DNA of 64,000 nucleotides from NCBI GenBank assembly GCA_010093745.1, contig MU005957.1:248001-312000 (forward strand), written 5' to 3'. Positions 12,122 to 21,616 of this stretch are shown piece by piece. A model generated the notes under the pieces. That model did not search any database. It saw nothing but the letters and a program-made list of their open reading frames with translations, and was not told the DNA's origin. Position 1 is the stretch's first letter; every line of letters begins with the position of its first letter. The position numbers and the translations under genes are program-made. This DNA is from Piedraia hortae CBS 480.64. Its lineage: Eukaryota.

Positions 12122-12224
12122 TGTCACGGCTAATGCCAACAGGGTCCGTGCTCTCTGTAGTAGAGGTAGCGCGCCTGAAGTCGTCTCCTCGCGCGACAAC
12201 ATAGTTCCAACGCGTACCCTGACA
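12122..12224 (+). repeat. 3' LTR (103 bp)
   Basis: TGTCA...TGACA; preceded by purine-rich GGACGGAGGCAAC (PPT-like) and followed by TSD GCGGT. Confidence 0.95.
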
Positions 12225-12685
12225 GCGGTTGAGCTCTGTTCCATATTGTGAAGGGAAACGCTGGAGGTGTGCACGGACACAGGTTCAAGCAAGATATTGT
12301 CCCGTATGGAAGCTATAGAGGGCCAGAGGGCCTGTTATATACTCATGAGTTCCTGCCAAGAAGGCGCGCGCGTACCGCGTACGCGCGCGCCTGGTGAACC
12401 ATACCCATGGAACAACCATGGGACGAAACGGCTAGTCCGTAACACATATACGAATGGCTTTGCCATTCCGTCCCAGTCACCGGGCTGGGTGAGGAGAGAC
12501 CCAGGTTCATGATTTAGTTGTAGGACACCACGCAACGCAGAAGTAGGTAACAGAAGTTCCTACACAGGTAGATGGACCGCCTGCTTCTTTGGGGCGGAGC
12601 TCAAAGATCCTGCGGTGTAAGATAATAGAAATAAATAATACATAACTCAACACGTTCCTCCTTCGGGGTGGATTTTCAGATAGCG

Positions 12686-13023
12686 TTACCCACGAGAAAG
12701 AGTAGTAGAGGATTCCAACAACTTCCTCTGGATCTCACCAGGTTTCATAAAGCCATTGGTAGGCACAATAGCCATTGCTGCGGTTTTTCTTGAGTCTTCC
12801 ATGATCAGGGCTTGGACAATGTGAGACTATCTCTTGGACTACCAAATGCAGTTAACAAGACGTCCGCTGATAGAGTCGATGCGGTTCAAATCTCCCATAC
12901 CTTGTCCACAACGGGTCGGAATCCCTTGTCGTCACAGGTCGTGCCACACTCAGGAAGATTGGCGAGCTTGTCATCACGAAGTTCTTCAATGAAAATTCGT
13001 AGAGTTTTCCCGACTTTGCACAT
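12686..13023 (-). pseudogene. Pseudogenised paralog of the 125-aa gene at 5168-5607
   Basis: Exon 1 MCKVGKTLRIFIEELRDDKLANLPECGT; 62-nt intron 12839-12900; exon 2 is shortened, has TAG at codon 4, then TAAMAIVPTNGFMKPGEIQRKLLES matching TVAMVLVPKDGSMEPDEIRKKLLLS. Confidence 0.8.
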
Positions 13024-13065
13024 GTGAACTGCTATAAGGCTGTCACAATACGAGACTTGAGGGCG

Positions 13066-13170
13066 TGTCAGGGTACGCGTTGGAACTATGTTGTCGCGCG
13101 AGGAGATGGCTCCATGAGCGCTACCTAACAACTACAGAGAGCACGAACCCTGTCGGAATTAGCCGTGACA
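13066..13170 (-). mobile_element. Isolated (solo-type) LTR of the same retrotransposon family, 105 bp, diverged
   Basis: Reverse complement aligns end to end with 12122-12224; the 3' 40 nt are essentially identical and the middle is diverged. No PBS or PPT is adjacent. Flanks GGGCG/GAGAG are not a clean TSD. Confidence 0.9.
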
Positions 13171-13859
13171 GAGAGTGGTAGGAGCGCTGCCGGAAGAAGA
13201 ACAAGGAAAGCTGACAGGTAGAGACCAAAGGTCTCTCTTATGACCAGATGTAGCCTGTGGGCCTGTGCATCTCGTGTGTCAGCTTTGGATGCTTTATGCA
13301 GTCATCATGCGGTCATCATTGCACCATAAGAACTTCTGCAAGCGCTTTCGAGAATAAGCAATTGGAGAGATTACTGGAAACCCGTCAAAAGTTGAGCCTC
13401 ATTCACACAGCACGATTAATACCGTCTCTTGATTTCGTGTGGCAAGACATTGGAGTATGTTTTCCCTGTGTCACGACAACTGCGGCTCGGGTCGGCTGTA
13501 ATGTGAGGCAATCTTGGCACACAAATACGCACTCCCTCTTTTTAAATTACTGGTTTCATCGGGAAGCCTACGCAACATACTCAAGTACATAATTGCTAAT
13601 TAAAACATTCATGAGGGGCTTTCCAACCCAGCGGAGTAACCCACCGCGTGGCAAGCTGTTTGCGCTAGGGTATGATTCCTCTCGCGGATGACAGAACTAG
13701 TCACAAAACAGTTTAGCGTCTGATACATCACCCCACCCGCTTTGGAAAACCTCTGTTGTGTAAGTTCTGGGTTCCAGCCGCGGGGTAATTCAAAGTACAC
13801 AATCCAACACTGCCATCATTTATTATCTCATTGACGTCAAAACACACATAAATCTGCCA

Positions 13860-15090
13860 TCGATCCTAGAAAACTCTAAAATAATAAGCTCAGACGATAA
13901 ATCCTACGGACTCCAATGGGTCGAAAACCTTTTTGAACTGCGGCCACGATGGACCGTCAATCTCGACATCGTCGCTATCAAATCCGAAGCTAAAAAAGCC
14001 CTGTACTCCGAATGCAGTCAAGTCAGCTCCTACGCCCAAGGCAGCTTCCACCGACATTTTGAAAATTTTTCTGGTAACAAAACGTACCTGATGCGCGTAT
14101 CCCTGCCGGTTGATCCATATTGGAAGAGGGGCAGTGAGGTCGCCACACTGACTTGGGTGGAAAAGAACACAACCATGCCCGCGCCGCATGTTGTGGCGTA
14201 CAGCAGCGATAGGAAAAACGCTGTCTGGTTTGAATGGATGCTGATGACCCAACTCCCTGGGGTTAATCAATCAAAGAAATGGCGGAATATCAGCTTTGAA
14301 TTGAGATATTGCATTACTGAACTAGTGGTTAAGCACTTCGTCGCGTTTTTAGGAAACAAAAGACTGGAATTGGAGGCATGCATGAAGGATCAGAAGAGCC
14401 TGGATGGATCGTGGCGATGGAGTTTTCCTTGGACCAGCGGCTCAGTTACGACATCAACAGGTGTTCATTCAAGTCTAGCTGTGATTGAATGCTCACTCGC
14501 TTGTCGGTTGTGGAAAGGAATTGCATGATATATTGAAAGATTCGTAGGATGAGAATGAGATTGAGAATGTCGAGGAAACGCTTATTGTGCTCAAAGCGCT
14601 CCGTGGTATCTTGGACGTCGTATTTCTCTACAAGCATGACCGAGCCTTCAGTGTTAGTGCACGACGATATGCACAAGAGCAACTTACTTGTTGACAGTAA
14701 TTCGGGCAAGGTGATGAGTATTGCCAACTGGGGATGCATGTCGTGGCTTCCACTGTGGAAGGCATGCGATCATACCTACTTCTTATGTGACGGCAAACGG
14801 TCTACAGAGCCGATACGGTAGAGACTTTCTGTTGGGGAAGACGGAGAAATAGACGAGTCATACCGGAAACGCTTCATGCAATGGGAAATAACATGGCTTC
14901 GACAGCATTTTGACAGCATTTTGACAGCATCTTGCAACGTATGTGTTCGAAATGGGTTCAGATTTACGACAAATCGGGTTTGCAGCGCCAATTTTACGGC
15001 GTAATCATACAGTGCGACAACGAATTTGCCAGACGAAGTATCGTAGAATGGGCCGAGAAGGTAGCTCGGGGGCACTTGATGGCTCAGAGG
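13860..15090 (+). pseudogene. Degenerate paralog of the APH-like kinase gene at 3078-4328
   Basis: Colinear with the intact copy (RVSLPVDPYWKRGSEVATLTWVEKNTTMP; VHDDMHKSNLLVD) but with many frameshifts; the second motif reads ANWG instead of VDWE. Boundaries approximate. Confidence 0.9.
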
Positions 15091-16195
15091 GTCAGTTCGG
15101 AGGCGATGTTGATGAGTTCTAACAACAACTGAGTGTTGCGAAGTTGAGATTGCGCAAGAAACGATTTCAGCAATGAGTGGTTAAATCGACCGAGCATGTG
15201 CCACTGCTAGATGCAGCAGAAGACGCCATTTAAATGTAGGGCTTTCTCAACCCAAACGCTCAGCAAGCGAGGGTCAGCCTCCTTGTGAAGGGCATCACGG
15301 TACATCTGATGATGACCAGTGTGCCTGGTTCTCGGCACAAAAGATGTCTCCTAGAAACATCTGACCTACCCCATACCGTTGCGCCAAGGGTTCATCACCT
15401 TCTCTCTGAAATACTCTTCAGCCTCAACCACCGTCTTCGCCCGCTTGACTTAAACAGTCCATTTTATTCAGTATCAACTCTCCCAAAACCCTCCAGTTGC
15501 CCTAACAAAAGAAAAAACAAGCGAAAGTTACAGAATCTTCTCCATCAACCTTTAATTCTGCCAAGCCCAGAGTCGTTCCGTCATGCGCAACCCACCCCTA
15601 AGCTTCGTCCTAACCCACCATATGTGATAACTCCCAAGTGATCACAGAAGTGCATAAACCACCAATGTACACTATTACAGAGACGCGAACCTGATCGATC
15701 TAGCTGTTTGTTCAGAAAGACCCCAAAATGTAAGATAAATCCCCTGGACCTTATCGGCCCGTTCCCGTCTTGGCACAACCCACTCTGTGATAACCTCCAC
15801 GTAACCCAAAATCCTTATATGTAATCCCTCTCCTTGTAATTTAGCTTGAAACGTACCTACTTTCGATACATTGCACGTGTAAATCTTGAAACTCGCATGG
15901 ATAATCGCCTTGTAGGTTCGGAGTCTACGCAGAATATTTATAAGATCGAACAAGACCGTGCTGAGAAGCCACGTCAGGGGCAGTTAACTGCTTTCCAGAA
16001 GCGATCCCCTCACGAACGTCATTGAGCTTCTAAATGGAGCGTCTCGCGGGAATCAAGCACTTAAAGGACAGCCATCATGGCTTTGTATTATTAACTTCGA
16101 GGACATGAAACACTAAAATGAGAATTACGAGTACAAACACAACAGGTATGGAACCGCCCCTCCCATTTTTCAACCCCAAAAACCACGCAACAAAA

Positions 16196-17752
16196 TTACG
16201 CATGAATAGCCTGCTGCACATGAGGATAAACCGAAATCATCCTCGCATAAAGGTCCGGATGTTCTCTCATGAGAACCTCCGGGTCCCACGCCGCCGCTAC
16301 AAAAATCGTATCGATACCACTCGACAGAGGGGTAGTGAAACAATTCGTCATTTGTAGACCAATAAGGAAAGCATACGCCACGATAACGGGAGTAAACTGT
16401 CCGTTTTGATTATAGGATGGGTGGGTGAAGACGAGGTAGAGGTAAGCGAGGAAAGCGGTTGCGACGCCGATGGCGGTTGCGCCCATGGAGAAAACTGGGC
16501 CGATGAGGCATTCGTTGATGAGGGCATCAATGCCGCGGTCCTTGATGAGTTTCCAGGTATCCTTGGCAGATTGGATGTAGCCTTTGCCATAAAGGGCAAT
16601 GTAGCTAAATGCGTAGCGGTTGACGAATTGTACGGCCCAGTCGAGAAGGCCGATGAGACACTGCAGAATGCAGAAGGCACATTGGGTTGCAAAACCGCCG
16701 GATTGGGCGGAGCTTTGCTGTGCGATTGAGCAGGCTTGGCGGAGCATGTTGATCAAAGCCACCAGAAGACTGCCCAGGCTGATGGAGCCGAAACTGTAGG
16801 TAAGAGCCCTACGGGCAGCACCGCGAGATGGATGTGCAGGGGGGTTGTTGGGGCTAAAGTACCACGCGCCGTAGATACCGGACACAGAGGTATGGATGGT
16901 GTTTTTGAGCCACTCAGTGATCCAATATCCAGCAAAGGTGGTGAACACGGTCAGTCCGATAACCTTGCCGGTACTGCAGCTGCCACTGCTAGAGCAGGCG
17001 GGATTGGCGCCAGGCTCGTACTTGACGTAGATGGCCACAAGGGTAGCACTGAAAAGTGCACCAAATAGAGCCGTCAGTAGTCCCCCCAGAAACGACAAAA
17101 AGTAGACGTGACCAAATTTCTTGGACACATCGATTGCAGTCTGCAGCATGAGCACACTAAATGGAATGCGCTTTATCCACGTAACGAAGCACCAGACGGT
17201 AAAGAGTCCGAATATGAGAAAAACGATCCCTCCAGACCAGTACCTGCGATAGAGCATGTAAATCGCCGTGGCAAAGGTCCAAACGATGTTCAAGATTCCA
17301 GTAATCCAGATGAACTGCTTGGTAAACATGCGCGCTAGAGCAATGTAAACGAGTCCCATGATCCAGGCCATGGCTAGACAGAAGCCGAACAAGACAAGAG
17401 TGTTGGTGTCGAGCCCAAAAGTATTTCTGCCATCGTAGATGCCGCCGCCATTGAAACCCTTGTTGGTAGCGTAGCTACGCAACGTGATCGCGGCCACAGC
17501 TATGAAGCCGGCACAGACGAGGAGGAACAGGATGCCGGCCCACAAATCGTTCCACTTGGGCTTCTCGACTTTGAACGCCTGTTCAAAGGACGGCTTCTGG
17601 TCCCATTTGCCAAAGTTCTGCTGGTAAGTCGGCGGCGGCGGCATGTGCTGAGGACCTCCCCATTGTTGACCTTGTTGCTGCGGTGGAGCGCCTCTTGAGC
17701 CGTCATTGCCGCTATTATTGTAGTAATCACTCGCCTGTCCGTGAGTCGCCAT
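16196..17752 (-). CDS. PNS1: Choline transporter-like (CTL/SLC44) protein Pns1, 518 aa
   Basis: PKWNDLWA, RIPFS, YSFGSISLGSLLVA and NRYAFSYIALYGKGY motifs, about 10 TM segments; likely ATG 17752. Confidence 0.92.
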   Translation of the reverse strand: MATHGQASDYYNNSGNDGSRGAPPQQQGQQWGGPQHMPPPPTYQQNFGKWDQKPSFEQAFKVEKPKWNDLWAGILFLLVCAGFIAVAAITLRSYATNKGFNGGGIYDGRNTFGLDTNTLVLFGFCLAMAWIMGLVYIALARMFTKQFIWITGILNIVWTFATAIYMLYRRYWSGGIVFLIFGLFTVWCFVTWIKRIPFSVLMLQTAIDVSKKFGHVYFLSFLGGLLTALFGALFSATLVAIYVKYEPGANPACSSSGSCSTGKVIGLTVFTTFAGYWITEWLKNTIHTSVSGIYGAWYFSPNNPPAHPSRGAARRALTYSFGSISLGSLLVALINMLRQACSIAQQSSAQSGGFATQCAFCILQCLIGLLDWAVQFVNRYAFSYIALYGKGYIQSAKDTWKLIKDRGIDALINECLIGPVFSMGATAIGVATAFLAYLYLVFTHPSYNQNGQFTPVIVAYAFLIGLQMTNCFTTPLSSGIDTIFVAAAWDPEVLMREHPDLYARMISVYPHVQQAIHA

Positions 17753-17969
17753 GATAGCTTTAACGCGCTGGAGCAGTAGACAGGAAAGCGTTGGGTGCGG
17801 CGCGTCCGAGTTTGAAGGAAAACGCGTGGCGTTTGATTGGCAGCGGCCCGATCCGGATCTTGTTTTTCCGTCATCGCTTCTAGATTCGAACGGCACGATT
17901 AATCCGCACTGGGTTAGACTAGACGTCAGGCGTTAAACGTCATAGGGTCTCATCAAGACAGCCTTCGTA

Positions 17970-18905
17970 ATGGCCACTGGTCCCCTACGGTTTCCCACGC
18001 CGCACATAGAGGAGTTGCCGACGTTGCAGACAAAAGCCACTCCGGGCTTTGCTTGGGTGGCTGTAACAGGCCCGCCGGTTAACGAAGTCGCGCAATGGGC
18101 AGCGACGGATAAGAAACGCGGTCGGGCATCTATAGCCGGTCCAAACGAAGCCCAAAGGGAAGCGCTCACAGTAAGACAACAGAAAGAGGTGGAGCGCAAA
18201 CTGCGAAACCTCAACGATGATCGCTCTCACCGTGATTTGCCCCTTCCGTCGAAACAAAAGGATAAGGCGGCGGGCTCCAGCGGAAATGCCGCCAGAATAG
18301 GCCGGACGCCTGCTACGAAGAAGATATTAGCCAGCGGCAAGACTTTTGCGCATTATCTAGATGACGAGGAAGCAGAAATAGCCCGAACTGGCCGGCGCGA
18401 TAATGAAGTGGATGCAGGTCCTCAAAACAAGGCCCCAACCAGACCTAGCAAAACGCCCATTGCGCGACGAAAGAAGAAAGAGGATTGGAGTCGACGGGCT
18501 TCTATGGCCTCTAGCGCATCGTCTCAGGATCCCTCTGTCTCGTCGTTAGTAGACGGTTGCGAGGAAGCAGATGCGACTGGCGGAGCAGGTGCAGGTGAGA
18601 AAGTAGTAGAAGCCCATGACGAGGGACATGTTGGTGATGCCGACGATTGTGACGCCGAGCTTGCAGCGGCAGTCCCTCCACTACCGACCAAGGCGGAGCT
18701 GGAGGCGTTGCTCAAAGCCCCATCGCTCTCACACACCCAAGCACGCTCCGCACCGCCTCCATCAGCCGCTCCTCCACCGCGACGCTTCTGCGAGACGTGT
18801 GGCTACTGGGGTAGGATCCGCTGCAAGAGATGCGGCACCATGACCTGTAGCATCATGTGCAAAGACCACCATGACCAGTTTCAGTGTCTAAGAGTGTACG
18901 CGTAG
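17970..18905 (+). CDS. VPS71: SWR1 complex subunit Vps71/Swc6-like, HIT zinc finger
   Basis: C-terminal RRFCETCGYWGRIRCKRCG..CSIMCKDHH....C; N-terminal PGFAWV; KKILASGKTFAHYLDDEE. Confidence 0.8.
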   Translation: MATGPLRFPTPHIEELPTLQTKATPGFAWVAVTGPPVNEVAQWAATDKKRGRASIAGPNEAQREALTVRQQKEVERKLRNLNDDRSHRDLPLPSKQKDKAAGSSGNAARIGRTPATKKILASGKTFAHYLDDEEAEIARTGRRDNEVDAGPQNKAPTRPSKTPIARRKKKEDWSRRASMASSASSQDPSVSSLVDGCEEADATGGAGAGEKVVEAHDEGHVGDADDCDAELAAAVPPLPTKAELEALLKAPSLSHTQARSAPPPSAAPPPRRFCETCGYWGRIRCKRCGTMTCSIMCKDHHDQFQCLRVYA

Positions 18906-19162
18906 AAACAAATGAAGTCAAACTACATATTCTGAACTTACCGCGGTGGAAAGTATAGAATATCACTCCCGACCCACAGTATTGCGTATTTGTAATGTCA
19001 CAGCTTTCGTTTGAATTAAGTAGAGAAATTAACGTACACTGGGCTCTCACCGGAGCCATGCATAGACCTCAACGCCGCCGCATGAGAGTCAAAGCCCATG
19101 CTATCTGTACAAGGCCATCTACTGCCAGCAGACTGGACGTGAACGGGGGGAAAGTGTGCCCT

Positions 19163-21296
19163 CTATTTCTTCTCGCCCTCGCTCTGCTCACCCTCCTGAT
19201 TCTCCTGCTGTTGGCTTTCGGAGCGGGCGCGGTGCATCTTGTCAAACAGCGTGAGTGACGCCGTCTGAAGCTCGTCTGTCTTCTGCTTCAGCTCCTCGGC
19301 CGTCACGGAGCCCTCGCCGCTCTGGCTCTTGGCAACCACCTCCCGCAGGGCGGTGATCTTCTCCCGGATACCATCCGCCTCGGTCTTGTCGAGCTTATCC
19401 TCGTACTCCTTGAGAGCCTTCTCCGTGTCGTTGGCAACGCTGTCTGCGCGGTTGGCAGTCTCAATGGCGTTCCTGCGCTCCTTGTCGGCCTCGGCATACT
19501 TTTCAGAATCGCGGACCATGTTCTCAATCTCTTGGTCGCTGAGACCAGAGCCAGACGCGATGCTGATCGACTGATCCTTGCCCGTCGACTTGTCCTTGGC
19601 AGCTACGTGCACGATGCTGTCGGCGTCAATGTCAAACGTGACCTCGATCTGCGGCACACCACGATGCGCGGGGGGGATGCCAACAAGCTGGAAGTTACCG
19701 AGGAGCTTGTTGTCACGCACCAACTCGCGCTCGCCCTGGTACACCTTAATCTCAACAGCCGACTGGAAATCTGCGGCCGTGGAGAACGTTTGCGACTTCC
19801 TGGTTGGGATTGTCGTATTCCGGTTGATGAGGCGCGTGAAGACGCCGCCGAGCGTCTCGATACCCAATGAAAGAGGCGTAACATCGAGTAGCAGAACATC
19901 CGTCACTTCTCCAGACAGAACAGCGCCCTGGATGGCGGCGCCAATGGCAACCGCCTCATCGGGGTTGACTGACCTGGACGGGTTGCGCCCAAAAATGCTC
20001 TTCACTGACTCAGCAACCTTGGGCATGCGTGTCATGCCACCAACCAGAATCACATCCTGGATGTTGTTGGCCTGCAGCTTGGCATCCTTCAAGGCCTTTC
20101 GGACGGGCTCGATCGTCTTAGAAATGAGGGGATCTACGAGCTTCTCTAGCTGCGGACGAGTGAGCGTCATATTAAGGTTCTTGGGTCCGGACGAGTCGGA
20201 GGCGATGAAGGGAAGATTGATGTCGGTCTCGCCCGACGACGACAGCTCAATCTTGGCCTTTTCCGCCGCTTCGCGGATGCGCTGTATGGCCATGCGGTCG
20301 CCAGAAAGGTCCAGACCGTTCTCCTTCTTGAACGTCTGCACCAGGTGACGCACAAGCGTGTTGTCAAAGTCTTCACCGCCGAGATGGGTGTCACCATTGG
20401 TAGACTTGACCTCAAACACACCGTCCGAAATCTCAAGGATGGAGATATCAAATGTTCCACCGCCCAAGTCGTAGACGGCAATGGTGCGGTTACTCTCCTT
20501 TTCAAGGCCGTAGGCCAGAGCAGCCGCAGTGGGCTCGTTCACCACACGATGCACTTTCAATCCCGCAATCTGTCCGGCATCCTTGGTTGCTTGGCGTTGC
20601 TTGTCGTTGAAATAGGCCGGGACAGTGACAACGGCATCGTTGAGAGTCCTGCCCATGAATGTCTCTGCTGTCTCCTTCATCTTTCCCAGGATAAACCCAC
20701 CAATCTGTGACGGCGAATATTTCTGTCCCCGAGCCTCTACCCAGGCATCACCATTGCTGTGTTGGACGATCTTGTAAGGAACTTCCTTGATGTCGCGCTG
20801 AACCTCTGGGTCGTTAAACTTGAGGCCCATAAGGCGCTTGGTTGCGTAGAGGGTGTTTTCTGGGTTTACGACAGCTTGGCGTTTTGCTGGTGCGCCCACT
20901 CGACGTTGGCCGTTCTCTTGGAAGCCGACCACTGACGGCGTTGTGCGGGCTCCTACAATGGGAATTAGTAAATGCTATGGCAAGACCGAGAGCGTGCGCG
21001 CCATATACCTTCTGAATTCTCGATAATGCGTGGAGTCTTTCCCTCCATAACCGCCACCGCCGAGTTTGTCGTCCCAAGATCAATGCCGATTATCGGACCT
21101 TTGACCTTTTCGCTGCCCGAGTCTTTCACATTTTCCGTGGATGCGTACGACCTCCATGACTGCAGGCCTAGTGGCAGTCGGGGGGCCGCTGTTCTTGATA
21201 CGCAAGCGCGCGTGAGAGGCTTTGTCATGTCAGCGCTTTTAACGCATTTCTGAAGGTGCTGTTACTTACGGTACGTGCGATACGTGAGGCTAGCAT
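19163..21296 (-). CDS. SSC1: Mitochondrial Hsp70
   Basis: Exons 21296-21270, 21219-21009 and 20952-19163 (introns 50 and 56 nt). Arg-rich presequence, [26 protein letters not shown]; DnaK-like with no EEVD or HDEL. Confidence 0.95.
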
Positions 21297-21616
21297 CGTT
21301 GTGTTCGGATATTATTGATACGGAAGGGAGAATGAGCGATAGTAAGAGAACAGCTTTGGGGGTGTTGGTGTCGGAGTGGCAGATATGCCAATGGGTAGAA
21401 GAGAAAAAGTTCGGGTGCACGGGCCTGAGAAGAGGCGTCAAAGTCAGACGTGTAAGTCCGGGGTTAATCATGCGCGTTACTTTCCTGATACGGTAAGGTC
21501 AACAAGACTCATGCCCGATACGGTATTCATGCAGCCTCGGCGGCAGGTAAAAGGACTAGCGCGGTAGAACGTTGTGGAAACTTCCGGCGACGTTTGGAAG
21601 TCCATCGATCGCTACG

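Larger units (their letters stand above)
6336..12224 (+). mobile_element. Full-length, mutationally inactivated Ty3/Gypsy LTR retrotransposon (chromovirus, Tf1/sushi-like)
   Basis: Direct LTRs TGTCA...TGACA at 6336-6418 and 12122-12224; 5-bp TSD GCGGT at 6331-6335 and 12225-12229; domain order gag, PR, RT, RH, IN, chromodomain. Confidence 0.97.

Noticed and set aside
12362..12410. Helitron 3' end at the GC hairpin
   Set aside because: No suitably spaced CTRR-T on either strand and no Rep/helicase remnant.
1..15200. Starship or other tyrosine-recombinase giant element
   Set aside because: No DUF3435-like captain or recombinase ORF in the window; the accessory region may extend leftward, so this cannot be excluded outside it.
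13616..15254. GGGCTTTC(T)CAACCCA direct repeat flanking the APH pseudogene as element termini
   Set aside because: Only about 15 bp and imperfect, with no TSD, and not seen around the intact APH copy.
15285..15953. Possible gene between the APH pseudogene and PNS1
   Set aside because: Only short ORFs in several frames with no recognisable motif; it may be an eroded gene but cannot be supported.
19329..20710. Long antisense ORFs over SSC1 (also over BEM1, BBC1, NMO and gag)
   Set aside because: Shadow ORFs caused by GC-rich codon bias of the real genes.
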